From an uncultured Solirubrobacterales bacterium (GTDB taxonomy: Bacteria > Actinomycetota > Thermoleophilia > Solirubrobacterales > Solirubrobacteraceae), in contig CAWEVQ010000010.1 in the NCBI GenBank assembly GCA_963812595.1, positions 101,050 through 165,049 of the forward strand: a stretch of 64,000 nucleotides of DNA. Direction: 5' to 3'. Both the position numbers and the translations under genes were made by a program. Positions 1-10,617 of the stretch are shown one piece after another; position 1 is the first letter of the stretch, and every line of letters starts with the position of its first letter. The notes beneath the pieces are model-generated. The model saw only the letters and a list, made by a program, of their open reading frames with translations. It searched no databases and was not told the origin of the DNA.

Positions 1-580
1 GCGGCAGATGAGCTTTTTCAAAACCTTTCCCATTTACATTGATTTCGAGCGTTTCTTTTTCGGATTTGATTTCTTTTTCTGAGTTGAGCGTGAATTCTTC
101 GGTCAGCGTTTCTTCAGGCGAGACGGACGACAGGAAAGCCCCTCTGACTTCTATTTTTGTGGTGCCGCAGACGATTTCGGTCTCTGGTTCGATCGTTTTC
201 TTCCAGACGTCTTCGGTTCCGACTACGACGTAACCCCAGAGTAACGGAAACGTGATGGTGCCGATCGGTTCGGTGCCGGTTTTACATCCGGTTCCAGGGA
301 ATTTGCCCGACGATTCGCACCCTTTGAAGGTTATTTTCCCTTCCCCGCCTTTGGTGCTGGTCACTTTCCCTGTGAGCGCGCCTTCTCCGCAGCTGACTTT
401 AGCTTCGCCCCCACCTTTGAGGGAGGCCGATTTCGCTTTCCCTTCCACATTATTTTTTTCCAGCGCGTGGCCTGATTCATTTACGAGTTCGCCTTTTTTC
501 GCAGCCTCCGCACTGGGGGCTGCGATCGATACGCACGCGATCGCTCCCAAGCAGGCGAGCGCGATAGCCCTGGCTCTCAT
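1..580 (-). CDS. Secreted Cys-containing, Lys/Glu-rich hypothetical protein (3' end runs off window)
   Basis: Read manually, not in ORF track. ATG at 580 with AGAAAGGT RBS; MRARAIALACLGAIACVSIAAPSAEA signal peptide; frame open to base 1; lower GC; same style as 20107..21285. Confidence 0.75.
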   Translation of the reverse strand, partial: MRARAIALACLGAIACVSIAAPSAEAAKKGELVNESGHALEKNNVEGKAKSASLKGGGEAKVSCGEGALTGKVTSTKGGEGKITFKGCESSGKFPGTGCKTGTEPIGTITFPLLWGYVVVGTEDVWKKTIEPETEIVCGTTKIEVRGAFLSSVSPEETLTEEFTLNSEKEIKSEKETLEINVNGKGFEKAHLP

Positions 581-899
581 GATTTACCTTTCTGTAAAAA
601 ACAACACGTCGGCGACGCCGGGTCGGACGACCGACGCACCGCTCGATTTACTTGCTCTCCGCATGGCGCGGAGGGACCGGCCAACCGCATAGACCCCAAA
701 CGGGCGCCCTGTGTCAGCCGCTCCAGTAGATAGCACAGGCGGCTGATCCGTGCAACCAGGTTTTCGCCACGCGACCCTGAGGGCACCGATTGTGCGTATT
801 AAACCAGAACTTTTTAGGATCCTAAAGAAGGAAACAAACCGTAATGTCTCCGACTCGTCGCGAGCAGCCCATAGCCTCAAAGGGATCCCGAGCGGATCT

Positions 900-1637
900 T
901 CATTCAGTGCCCGGAGCTTTGACTTTTCGCATCCTTAGCGGCCCCGGCCGATCCCAACCCGGGCCCATCGCGGCGACCGCCAGCGACACGCACAGCGTCG
1001 CCAGCAGGTAGCCGCCGAGCACATCGGAGGGCATGTGCCAGGCGAGGATCAGCAGCGAGCAGCCGACCGCCACGGCAAACGTGCAGCCGAGGGCGGCAAC
1101 CAGGGGGCGCAGACCGTGGGGGGTGACGAGCAGCGCGCACAGCACCAGCGTCATCGCCGCCGTGGCATGCCCGCTAGGCCACGAGGCGGACCCGACCCAC
1201 TGCCAGCCGACGCTGTCGTGGGGGTGGGCAAGCAGCGGCTTGAGCAGCTCGGCGATGCCCGGCGCCGCGGGCAGCACGACCGCGATCGCGAGCGCCACCC
1301 GCGGGCGCCCGCGCAGCAGCGCGACGGCCACCAGCAGCAGTGCCCACACGGTGTAGAGCAGCGGGTCCAGCAGGTGCAGCAGGCCGTTGGCGAGCGTGTC
1401 CACACCGGGCCGGTCGAGCTTGGTGAAGTCGTTGAGCACGATCGCGTCGCGCCAATGAATCGCCGGGACGAGCTCCGCAAGCGTCCACGTGAGAGCCATC
1501 GCAACCACGCACAGGAGGGCGGCCCACAGCGCCCAGGCAATGCTCGGCTGGGACCCGCGGCCAACGCGGCCGCGGGCCGGCCCGCCCACGCCACGGCGCG
1601 CAGCCCGCGCGGATGCCGTCAGAGGTGCGCTCGACAT
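900..1637 (-). CDS. PAP2-family membrane phosphatase
   Basis: LKPLLAHP, SWPSGH and HMPSDV motifs; multiple TM segments. Confidence 0.85.
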   Translation of the reverse strand: MSSAPLTASARAARRGVGGPARGRVGRGSQPSIAWALWAALLCVVAMALTWTLAELVPAIHWRDAIVLNDFTKLDRPGVDTLANGLLHLLDPLLYTVWALLLVAVALLRGRPRVALAIAVVLPAAPGIAELLKPLLAHPHDSVGWQWVGSASWPSGHATAAMTLVLCALLVTPHGLRPLVAALGCTFAVAVGCSLLILAWHMPSDVLGGYLLATLCVSLAVAAMGPGWDRPGPLRMRKVKAPGTE

Positions 1638-1765
1638 CTCTCAGAGGGTAGACGTTCCCCGCGCGGCTGACGCCTCACCAGACCGGGTGGGCCGGATCGC
1701 AACCAGGAAGCGCGACCCTCGATCGCCCGACAGAGTGGGATACCCCGGCGACGGGCGGCGAGGCC

Positions 1766-3304
1766 TCACCCCACCGGAAACGGCGCGCGCGCCAGCGCCG
1801 TGAGCGCCTGAGCGGTGACCCACACCGGCGATTGAGTGCTGGTGCGCGAGTAACGCACGGCGCCGTTGGGGGCGACGAGGCTCTGCAAGTAGCCGAGCGG
1901 CGAGCGGCTGCCGTCGCGGTGGATCTCTTCGACGTTGCGCCCCGTCGCGGTGAGGCCCTGGACGGCCCACGCGGTGGACTGCGCGTTGGATTCGCCCCCG
2001 GGCTGCTCGGGGAAGCCGCCGTCGAGGTTCTGCGCGCGCAGCAGGAACGCGACCGCGTGTTCGACGCCAGCGCCGCTGCGGATGCCGGCGTCCACCAGCG
2101 CCTGCAGCGCGGCCGCGGTGTCGTCCACGTCGCTGGCGGCGCCCCGCACGTCGAAGCTGAAGCCGCCGTCGGGATCCTGCTGGCGGGCGATCCACGCGCC
2201 CGCGGCGCGCACCGCGGGATCGCTCGCGGAGTGCCCGACGGCGCGCAGCGCGAAGACGGCGAACGCCGTGAGGTTGACCTGATGGGAGAAGGAGCCTTCG
2301 CGCTCGCGGTAGCGCAGCAGCCCCGCCAGCAGGTTTTTGCCCGCGAGCGATGTCACGGGCGCGCCACAGGCGCGTAGCGCGAGCATCGTGCGCTCGTAGT
2401 CGCCGGCGCCTTCCAGCGTGCCGGCCTGAGCGCGCAGCGCTTCGAGCACGGTGTGCCCGTCCCGGCGCACGCTCTGCGGGTTGCGCCCGGCGGCGGCGAG
2501 GCCGATGGCCGCCCACGCGGAGTACAGCTCGCTGGAGGGCTGCCCCGCCGCCGCGCCCCAGCCGCCGTCGGTGTTCTGCGTGGAGGTGAGGTACGCGATC
2601 TCGCGGGAGGCGTTCACGCTTGCAGCGGACGCGTGTATGGGGAGAGCACTCATCCCAACAACGACAAGCAGCGTCGCGGCCCCCACGGGCGGGCGGGCGG
2701 GCTCCCAATTAACGTCCATGCGCGAGCGTACCCGCGCCAGCACGCGCGCCAGCTCGGGGGCGAAGGCGAGGCCGAAGAGGAACGAGGCGACGACGTCGGT
2801 GACGTCGAAGGGCAGCGCGCCCCCCGCGATCAGCAGGAACGCCGCCGGGGTGTGGGTGGCGCCGAGGGTGAAGGTGTACACGTTCATGATCTCCTTGGCG
2901 AGCAGCGCGGTGAAGGCACAGGCGAGCGCGAGGGGCACGCGCCCGAGGCGCCTGCCCGAGAGCCGCCCGAGCGCGGCGCCGATCAGGCCGACCAGCCCCC
3001 ACGCCGCCATCTGCCAAGGGGTGTAGGAGCCCTGGCCGAGCATCATGTTGGAGGCGAGCATCCCCACGGCGCCCACGGCGAAGCCCGGCAGGGGGCCGAG
3101 CGCGTAGCCGACGACCAGCGTGATCGCCGTGATCGGCTTGACGTCGGGCAGCGCCACGAAGGCGTCGCGGCCCAGCGCCGCGACCGCCGCGAGCGTGGCC
3201 ACCACGGCCACCATCCGCGCGGAGGGGCGCGCGCGCTCGTACGCCAGCCAGCCAACCGCCAGCACGAGCCCGACGAGCGTGAAGGAGGTGAGGGGCCAGC
3301 TCAT
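1766..3304 (-). CDS. ECF transporter S component (CbrT-like) fused to prenyltransferase/squalene-oxidase-repeat alpha6/alpha6 barrel
   Basis: N-terminal LPDVKP...GQGSYTPWQM TM domain; C-terminal QNxDGGW/F repeats (TQNTDGGWG, QQDPDGGFS, AQNLDGGFP); ATG at 3304 overlaps upstream TGA. Confidence 0.8.
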   Translation of the reverse strand: MSWPLTSFTLVGLVLAVGWLAYERARPSARMVAVVATLAAVAALGRDAFVALPDVKPITAITLVVGYALGPLPGFAVGAVGMLASNMMLGQGSYTPWQMAAWGLVGLIGAALGRLSGRRLGRVPLALACAFTALLAKEIMNVYTFTLGATHTPAAFLLIAGGALPFDVTDVVASFLFGLAFAPELARVLARVRSRMDVNWEPARPPVGAATLLVVVGMSALPIHASAASVNASREIAYLTSTQNTDGGWGAAAGQPSSELYSAWAAIGLAAAGRNPQSVRRDGHTVLEALRAQAGTLEGAGDYERTMLALRACGAPVTSLAGKNLLAGLLRYREREGSFSHQVNLTAFAVFALRAVGHSASDPAVRAAGAWIARQQDPDGGFSFDVRGAASDVDDTAAALQALVDAGIRSGAGVEHAVAFLLRAQNLDGGFPEQPGGESNAQSTAWAVQGLTATGRNVEEIHRDGSRSPLGYLQSLVAPNGAVRYSRTSTQSPVWVTAQALTALARAPFPVG

Positions 3305-4972
3305 CTTGCGGCGGCCTGCGCTCGCGCGCATAGGAATCGTCTACGCGAGCGCGAGCGGCGAGCAGCGCCGCGCCCTGCTCGGGCGCGAGCGCGCCCCCGG
3401 CGCCGCCGAGGATGCGGGCGGTTTCGGTGGCGAAGTACCAGCCGCCGGCGAGCAGCTCCGACGAGGGGCCGTCCGCGATCACGCGGCCGTCGGCGAGCAG
3501 CACCGCGCGCTCGGCGCAGGCGCAGGCGAACTCGGGGTCGTGCGTGGCCACGATCACCGCGTGGCCGCCCGCGGCGCGGCGGCGCAGCTCCTCGGCGAGC
3601 TGCGCCTTCGCGAGGCGGTCCATGCCGCGCGTGGGCTCGTCGAGCGCCAGCACCGCGGGCTCCTCTCCCCCGTCGGTGACGATCGCGAGCGCCAGGCGCT
3701 GGCGCTCCCCGCCGGAGAGGTCGCGGGGGTTGCGCTCCGCGAGCTCGGCGAGGCCGGCGAGCGCGAGCGCACGCGGGGAGGCCTCGCGCGCGACGCGCTC
3801 GTGCATGAAGTAGTCGCCGGGGTTCTGCAGCAGCAGCGCGACGCGCCCGCCGCGCTCGATCCGCCCGCGGGTGGGCTCCATGAGGCCGGCGGCGTGACGC
3901 AGCAGCGTGGACTTGCCGGCGCCGTTGCGCCCCATCAGGGCGACGCTTTCGCCTGGTTGCAACCGCAGCTCGGCGCCGCGCAGGATCGCGGGGCCGCGGT
4001 GGAGCTCGTGCCACACACCTCGCATTCGCAGCGCCGGAGCGGCGCGCGCGGACGGACGAGGGCGGAGGAAGGTGCCCCCTGCCTGCGGTTGCCCATGTTT
4101 ATATGAAGAGCGGCAGGGGGCGCGGGGGAGGATACAGACTCCGACGACAACAGGCGTCGTGCACGCAGACTTGCACGCGCCTGCTTGACGCCGACCGGCG
4201 GCGGAGCGAATCCCGCCAGCGCGAACAGGCGCGCACCGGGAGTTTGCAGCGCGGGCTCTTCGCGCACGGCCCAGCCAAGGAACGATTCCGGGGAGCCGTC
4301 GTGCACGAGGCGTCCGTCGCGCAGCGCGAGCACGCGGTCGGCGGAGGGCAGGCAGCGCTCCAGGCGGTGCTCGGCGAGCAGGATCGTCACGTCCCACTCC
4401 TGGTTGAGACGGCGCAGCAGCCCGATCAGCTCGTCGCCGGCGACCGGATCAAGCTGTGAGGTGGGCTCGTCGAGCAGCAGCACGGGCGGTCGCCCGGAGA
4501 GCGCGGCGCCCAGCGCGACCCGCTGGGCCTCGCCGCCGGAGAGCGTGCGCGTGGGGCGATCGAGCAGGTGGTCGATGCCGAGCGCGAGCGCGACCTCCTC
4601 GACCCCGCGCGCAACGGCGCCAGCAGTCTGCGCGCGACTCTCCAGCGCGAGCGCGAGCTCGGCGCGCACCGAGCTCATCACCAGCTGGCTCTCGGGGTCC
4701 TGGAAGAGCGCGCCGGCCAGCGTGCCCAGGTGGGCGGGCCCATGCTCGCGCGTGTCGAGCCCAGCGAGTTGCACCCGCCCTGCGAAACAGCCCCCGTGGA
4801 AGTGCGGCACGAGGCCGCACGCGGCGCGCAGCAGCGTGGACTTGCCGTGCCCGGAGAGCCCGGCGAGCAGGCAAAACTCGCCCGCGGCGACCTCGAAGCT
4901 GACGTCGTCGAGCGCGGGGGGCCCGGCGTCGGGGTAGTGGTAGGTGACGTCGCGGAAGGAGAGGACGTTCAT
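3301..4972 (-). CDS. ECF transporter duplicated ATPase (A-A'), apparent frameshifts near 4020-4150 and ~3340
   Basis: Two ABC domains in different frames: GLSGHGKST/LSGGE/LLLDEP and GRNGAGKST/LSGGE/LALDEP. Confidence 0.8.
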
Positions 4973-5878
4973 GGCTCGATCCCCCGGCGATCGGCGAACG
5001 GGAGGAGGATCGCGAGCACAAGCGCTCCGCAGAGCGCGAACAGACCCGAGGCTGATGGGTGCGTGCACCAGCGGGTAGGCGGTGAACGAGGCAACGCCAC
5101 CGATCGAGGCGAGCAGCGCGAGCGCGAGGATCGCCGCGGCGGAGGCGGCGAAGGCGAGGTCGTGGCGCGACCACGGCCGCGACAGCCGGGGGGCACGGGG
5201 GGCGGCGGCGAAGCCGCGCAGCTCGAGCGTGGCGGCAACGTCCATCGCGCGGTCCAGTGAGCCGGTCAGCATCGCGCCGATCAGCGCGACCCGCGCGCGG
5301 GCGCCTTCAAACGATCGCCGCTCGGTGGGACCAGCTGGCCGAGTGCGCTGCGCCTCGGCGATGCGCTGGGCGTCGGCGGCGAGCACGGGGATCATGCGCA
5401 CCGCCAGCGAGGCGGTGACCGCGGAGCGGAAGGAGAGACGGCGGCAGATTCGCAGCAGCGCGTCGGGGTCGATCGCGAGGCTGCAGAGCGCAGTGATGAG
5501 GATCAGAACCGTGACCTTCAGTGCGATCACGGCGCCGTACACGAGCGCCTCGACGGTCAGGTCACCCTGGCCGAAGGGACCGAGGTCGCCAAGGCGGGCG
5601 AAGACGGTGAGGCCCTCGCGCGAGACGAGCACGTTGATAAGCACGATCGGTATGGCAACGATCGCCGCGGTGCGTAGCGCGAGCAGCAACGCACGGCCCA
5701 CCCCCGCCCCCCATCCTGCGGCGAGCACCGCCAGCGCGAGCACCGCCAGCGCCACGGGGTGGTAGAGCAAAAGCGAAGTGGCAATCAGTGCAAGTCCCCA
5801 TAGCGCGGCGACCCCCGCGCGCGTGGCGTGCAGCGGGCTGGCCTGCGGGCGGTAGAGGAGCAGGCCGATGCGGTTCAT
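4969..5878 (-). CDS. ECF transporter T component (EcfT/CbiQ), frameshift near 5050
   Basis: TM protein with AQRTR and LELRGF motifs; C-terminus ...FADRRGIEP* in adjacent frame with ATGA overlap to the ATPase. Confidence 0.8.
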
Positions 5879-6015
5879 GGGCTGGGCCCTTCAGAGAACG
5901 CGAGGCAATCGGGCTCAAACCGACCCACTGCCGGCCGGTTGGATGCTTTGTTTTGAGACCCCAACCCTTCATTTTGTGAAGTGGTAGGGGTCCTTTTGGA
6001 TGACATCTCTACCTC

Positions 6016-7026
6016 CTACCCCCTCGCCGACTCCCCGCCGGGCTGGGGCAGCGCCAGCAGGCCTCCGGCTGCGGTGATGGCGACGGCGAAGCGGTTGTGC
6101 AGCGCCGCTTCGTCGAGGTGGCTGGCGGCGAGCTGCACGCCGGCGGCGTCGGTGCCGGTGATCAACCACTCGGGGGCCTGTTCGGTGTAACGCGTGGCGG
6201 CGATCAGCCCGGCGGTGCCGGTGAGCGTGCGCACGGTGGCGCCCTGCGCGTCGAGCAGCGCGATGCTCTGGCCGGAGGCGGCTGGGCGCGCGTACACCCC
6301 GCTCGCGGAGGGGCCGCGTTCGAGCGTCCGCGCGCCGGGGTCGCCGCTCACCTGCGACCAGGTGCCGACGAGCAGCCGCAGGGTGTCGGGCTCCTCCCCG
6401 GCCGGCCCCAGCGCGGCTAGCCCGGAGCTGACCCCCGTTGCGCGCAGGAGGGCAGTGACGGTGCGGCAGGTGTGGCCGGCCGGTTCGGCGCATTCCACGC
6501 GCACCGGCAGCCGTTCCCCTTCGATCCCGCCCAGGAAGGGCTCGGGGAAGGAGCCGACGACGGCGGGCACTTCGTCGGTTTGACTCCAGTCGTGCAGGTC
6601 CCACCACACACGGTCGCCCGGATGCACGTCGGTGTCCGCCGCCCCCTTGGGCGCCTGCACGCCGTTGACGTAGTAGAACCAGTCGATCGGCTGCCCCCCT
6701 TCGTGCCCGCCGGAGTGGCCGTCGATGCTCTCCACGAAGCCTCCGCCATAGCGGGTCATGACGGTCGCGTTGCGCAGCAGCAAGCTCATCACCGTCGCTT
6801 CGCCATGGGTGCGGGGAGCGCGCATGGAGAGCAGCGAATCGGCCCCGAAGCCGCGCGTCACGTCGAGCCGCACGCCCGTGGGCGTAGGCCCGGCGCCGAG
6901 GCCGCAGCCGGCGAGCGGGAGGGCGGCGAGCGCAAGTGCGAAAAGCGCGATGCGCCACCGGCCCACACGGCCGACACCGGTCCAGCCGATGCCGGCGCGA
7001 CCTCCGAGGTGTCTCCTACTTGACAT
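6016..7026 (-). CDS. DUF4430-type (transcobalamin C-terminal-like) lipoprotein; probable start GTG 6966
   Basis: LAGC lipobox; GGGFVESIDG...WFYYVNG...GDRVWW motif. Confidence 0.75.
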   Translation of the reverse strand: MSSRRHLGGRAGIGWTGVGRVGRWRIALFALALAALPLAGCGLGAGPTPTGVRLDVTRGFGADSLLSMRAPRTHGEATVMSLLLRNATVMTRYGGGFVESIDGHSGGHEGGQPIDWFYYVNGVQAPKGAADTDVHPGDRVWWDLHDWSQTDEVPAVVGSFPEPFLGGIEGERLPVRVECAEPAGHTCRTVTALLRATGVSSGLAALGPAGEEPDTLRLLVGTWSQVSGDPGARTLERGPSASGVYARPAASGQSIALLDAQGATVRTLTGTAGLIAATRYTEQAPEWLITGTDAAGVQLAASHLDEAALHNRFAVAITAAGGLLALPQPGGESARG

Positions 7027-8263
7027 AGAAGACGACGTGACTCACCCCGCCCGCCAGCCGTGTGACGTGACCCGAATCGTCGACCGCCTCGACGTCGTAT
7101 ACGTAGCGACCCGCGGGCAGCCGCGCCGGCAGCAGGTAGCTGAACGACGTGGTGTCGGCCACATCGAAGAAGCGCGTCGCGTGGCAGCCGGCGCGCACGA
7201 AAGCTCCCCTGCGCCCGCTGAACGCGAAGCAGCGATGGTGAGCGCTGCGCTCGAGTGCGACGCGCACTTCGTGCAGCGTGTCCCCGAGGGGAACTTCGAC
7301 GCTCCCCTCCAGGATGCGCGGAGCATCGCGACGGGCGTAAAGATGGCCATTCGTGACGCCAGCCGCGCGAACCACCTCGGGGGGTGGCGGAGGGGGGAAT
7401 ACCGTCCGTCTGGGTCCTTCGCAGCTGCCCGTTGTCGCTGGACAGGCAATCGGTTCGCATGTGCCTGTGGTTGCACAAGAGGCCGTGGTTCCACAGTTGC
7501 CGTCGTTGCCACTGTGGACGCAGACATCGGTCTCAGTGCGAATCGAATCGGGCGCGTTCACGGACAGCATCGTCTCGCCGGCGTGGGAGAACGTCAGGGT
7601 TGCTCGCCCATGAGCTTCGGTGATGGCGCCCGCGCCACCCCCCACCACGCTCGCGCCAGAGACTTCGGATGAGACGCCGGCGGCCGTGTAGCGCCGGACG
7701 ATGACCTGGATCGGTTCTCCGACGTTGGCGCTCGGAGGCGCTTCGGCCTCGAGCGGGAGGGGCGCCGGAGTGGGACACAGTTCGCCGAAGCAGCTCGGGA
7801 AGAACAGAACCCGGTCGCCGGGATGGAGCTGTTCTTCGCACGCGCCCGCCCCGGCTTCCTTGTCGTCGAGCCAGAACGACCAGTAGTAGTTGGCCTTCGA
7901 TTCTTTTTCGAATTCGTGGGTCTCGCCCTCGATGGTGTAGATCGAGTACTGCGTAAATTCGGTGCTCCACGGCCCGCTCCAATTGCCGCCGCTGGCGAGC
8001 TGAAGCGCACCGAGGGCGCTTGTGATGCTGCAGGCGTCTTCCGATTTGCCGTCCTTTACGACGGGCGATCCCGTGAGCGTGACCTGCGTCGGCGATATCA
8101 GCGTCGCGTTGATCCCCTCCACCCTCACTGTGACGGTGGGAGCTTCGTCGGCACGCGCGCTTTGCGCGACGACGCTCCCGGTCAACGCAAGGAGGAGCAG
8201 GACAGCCACGCAGAGCGCGAGCGGCTTGCTGGAGACCGATTTGATACGGCGAGAGTGATGCAT
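7016..8263 (-). CDS. Secreted DUF4430-type protein with Cys-rich linker
   Basis: Signal peptide; IYTIEGE...YWSFWLD...GAC...GDRVLF motif; first gene after the B12 riboswitch. Confidence 0.7.
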   Translation of the reverse strand: MHHSRRIKSVSSKPLALCVAVLLLLALTGSVVAQSARADEAPTVTVRVEGINATLISPTQVTLTGSPVVKDGKSEDACSITSALGALQLASGGNWSGPWSTEFTQYSIYTIEGETHEFEKESKANYYWSFWLDDKEAGAGACEEQLHPGDRVLFFPSCFGELCPTPAPLPLEAEAPPSANVGEPIQVIVRRYTAAGVSSEVSGASVVGGGAGAITEAHGRATLTFSHAGETMLSVNAPDSIRTETDVCVHSGNDGNCGTTASCATTGTCEPIACPATTGSCEGPRRTVFPPPPPPEVVRAAGVTNGHLYARRDAPRILEGSVEVPLGDTLHEVRVALERSAHHRCFAFSGRRGAFVRAGCHATRFFDVADTTSFSYLLPARLPAGRYVYDVEAVDDSGHVTRLAGGVSHVVFYVK

Positions 8264-8304
8264 GGAGCCAACCCCTTTCCACGAGGGCTTGTGGGCTTGC
8301 GGCC

Positions 8305-8470
8305 GGAGGCAGGTCTCCTGGCTCCCGGGCCTACCCTCCGCGCCTTCCCGATGGCCGGAGGCCGATCAGTGGCTCACGCTCACACGCGCGCAGCGGGGGC
8401 ATCCCCGGTCACAGTGGCGGGTCCGCGCCAGATTCTCACCGGCTTCCCTTACCACCGACCGTATGGACGC
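8305..8470 (-). ncRNA. Cobalamin (B12) riboswitch
   Basis: Minus strand AAGGGAAGCCGGTG..GAATCTGGCGCGG.CCCGCCACTGTGA...GCCACTG...GGGAAGG...GAGCCAGGAGACCTGCC matches the B12-element consensus. Confidence 0.93.
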
Positions 8471-8608
8471 CCCGGATACTACCGCCCGCCGGGACGGTAC
8501 GCCAACGCCGGCCGGTACGAGACGCCACGCCCCCGGCCTGCCAGCGGCTCCTCACCCAGCCGAGCTGGACCCTTATTGAGAGGACCCACGCGCGGCAACT
8601 GGCGGTAG

Positions 8609-9847
8609 TCAGATGCCGCCCAGCTCGCTGTCGACGTCCGCCAGCGCCGCCCGCTCGGCGGCATCGAGCACCGGGTGCTCGACGAGCAGCCGGCGCGCGT
8701 AGTCAAGGTCGTCCGAGCGCCCGAACGTGAGCGCCGCGACGAGGCGTTCGTCGCGAAGGTACCACGTGGTGAAGCTGCCGTCCGCCGGCGATCCCCGCAC
8801 GATCTCCTGGTCCCACTCCCGCGCCGGGCCGACGTACTCGAGCTCGCCCCAGTCGCCAAGCACGGAGTAGAAGTAGGGGACGGTTTCGTGCGGGATGTCG
8901 CGGCCGAGCATGTTCAGCGCGGCGGTCTTGCCGTGGTTGAAGGCGACGTCCCAGTGCTCGATCCGCAGCGGCCCGCCATGTATGGGCGAGTCGTACTCGC
9001 AGATGTCGCCCGCCGCGTACACCCCCGGGCCCGAGGTCGCAAGGCGTGAGCTGCAGCGCACGCCACCGCCCTCCCCCAGCTCCAGCCCCGTGCCGCGCGC
9101 GAGCTGCAGGTCGGGGGCGACGCCCGCCCCGATCACGACCAGCTCCGCCGGCAGCTCTAGGCCGTTCTTCGTGACGACCTTCGCCACACGGCCGTCGCCC
9201 TCGAAGCGCTCGAGCTCATCGCCGCCGTGGACGGTGACGCCGTGCTCTTCCAACAGCTCCTGAAAGAAGCGCCCGGCCACGGGGCCGAAGCCGCGTTCGA
9301 GCGTGATCTGCTCCTGCATCACGATCGTGCAGCGCTTGCCCAGCAGCGTCAGGGAGGCGGCCACCTCGCAGCCGATGTAGGAGCCGCCGATCAACACCAC
9401 CTGCTCCGCATCCGTCGCATCCGCACGGATCGCGTCGGAGTTGCCGAGCGTGCGCAGGTAGTGAATGCCCTCCAGCTCGCACCCGGGCACGTTCAGCCGC
9501 CGCACGTTCGCCCCGGTCGCGAGCAGCGCCTGTCCGAACTCGAGCTCCTCCTTGGTCGAGAGCTTTGCGGTGCGCGCCCCCGCGTCGAGCGCGGTGACAC
9601 TCGTGCGCGTGAGCAGCTCGATCCCCTGCTCCCCCCACCACTCCTGCGGACGGAAGAACGCCTCGCTGCGCTCCTCCTTGCCGCGCAGGTAGCCCTTCGA
9701 GCAGTTGGGGCGGTTGTACGGCGGGTCGGGCTCGCGCCCCACGACCAGCACCGACCCCTCGGCGCCCTCCTCGCGCAGCCAGCGCGCGCAGTTGGCGCTC
9801 GCCAGCCCGCCGCCGATCAGCAGGTAGTCGATCTTGCGGGCGGCCAT
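8609..9847 (-). CDS. FAD-dependent pyridine nucleotide oxidoreductase (ferredoxin reductase-like)
   Basis: IGGGLA, PYNRP, LLATG, IGGSYIG, YAAGD, RIEHW motifs. Confidence 0.9.
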   Translation of the reverse strand: MAARKIDYLLIGGGLASANCARWLREEGAEGSVLVVGREPDPPYNRPNCSKGYLRGKEERSEAFFRPQEWWGEQGIELLTRTSVTALDAGARTAKLSTKEELEFGQALLATGANVRRLNVPGCELEGIHYLRTLGNSDAIRADATDAEQVVLIGGSYIGCEVAASLTLLGKRCTIVMQEQITLERGFGPVAGRFFQELLEEHGVTVHGGDELERFEGDGRVAKVVTKNGLELPAELVVIGAGVAPDLQLARGTGLELGEGGGVRCSSRLATSGPGVYAAGDICEYDSPIHGGPLRIEHWDVAFNHGKTAALNMLGRDIPHETVPYFYSVLGDWGELEYVGPAREWDQEIVRGSPADGSFTTWYLRDERLVAALTFGRSDDLDYARRLLVEHPVLDAAERAALADVDSELGGI

Positions 9848-9943
9848 CACCGTGCAATTTGACAGAAAGTGAGCGAACCGGCCCGCAAGAGGCCTCACAG
9901 CCCGACCCGGCCGAACATGCGCCCGCCGGGTCGGACATCCTCG

Positions 9944-10368
9944 TCAATCCACGGAGCCCCGCGGCACCACCCACTCAACCTCTTGCCCCGTCACGGTGGC
10001 AGATCAGGTCGAAGTCGGCGTCGTAGTGCAGCACCGTGAGCCCCGCCCGCTCTGCCGCCGCGGCGACGATCAGATCGGGGATGTTCGCGCCGCGGTGCTG
10101 CCCGCGGTCGGCGAGCAGGCCCTGCACCTCGACTGCGCGGTCGAGCACCTTCTGACCGGTCGCAATACGCTTGAAGCGCAGAGCGATCTCATCGCGCCGC
10201 GTGCGGTGCTCGGCCCCAGAGCGGGCGCTGAAGAGCTGCTCGAGGTCGGTCACCGAGCAGGTCGCCAGCAGGCCCGTCGGCGATCATCGGCTCCACCCTT
10301 GCCGCCACCGGAGCCTTCGTCGTGCGAGTGAGAACGCTGTTGTCTACGAGATGGGTGGTCGCGGCCAC
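9944..10368 (-). CDS. vapC: VapC PIN-domain toxin (two apparent frameshifts)
   Basis: HLVDNSVL...DLIVAAAA...LHYDADFD...WVVPRGSVD assembled across frames. Confidence 0.75.
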
Positions 10369-10559
10369 GCGCGTTCCATGATCTCGGGGTTGTGCAGGTC
10401 CTCGTTCTCTTTGAGCCATTTGATCAGGCGCTTGCCGGCCTCTATGCGCACGATCTCGCGCAGAGCCTCGTCGACTGTGTCCTTGATCCCGCTCGTGCCG
10501 AGTATCTCTCGGGCTTTGGCGAGCATATCCTCGTCGATGTCTAGCGTGGTCCTCTTCAT
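10344..10559 (-). CDS. vapB: VapB antitoxin
   Basis: MKRTTLDIDEDML...KDTVDEALRE; overlaps vapC start. Confidence 0.8.
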   Translation of the reverse strand: MKRTTLDIDEDMLAKAREILGTSGIKDTVDEALREIVRIEAGKRLIKWLKENEDLHNPEIMERAWPRPPIS

Positions 10560-10617
10560 GGCATAAGTATAGCCTGAGTTAGTCACTGGCGGCATAACAG
10601 ATCTCCATCCCAACCCA

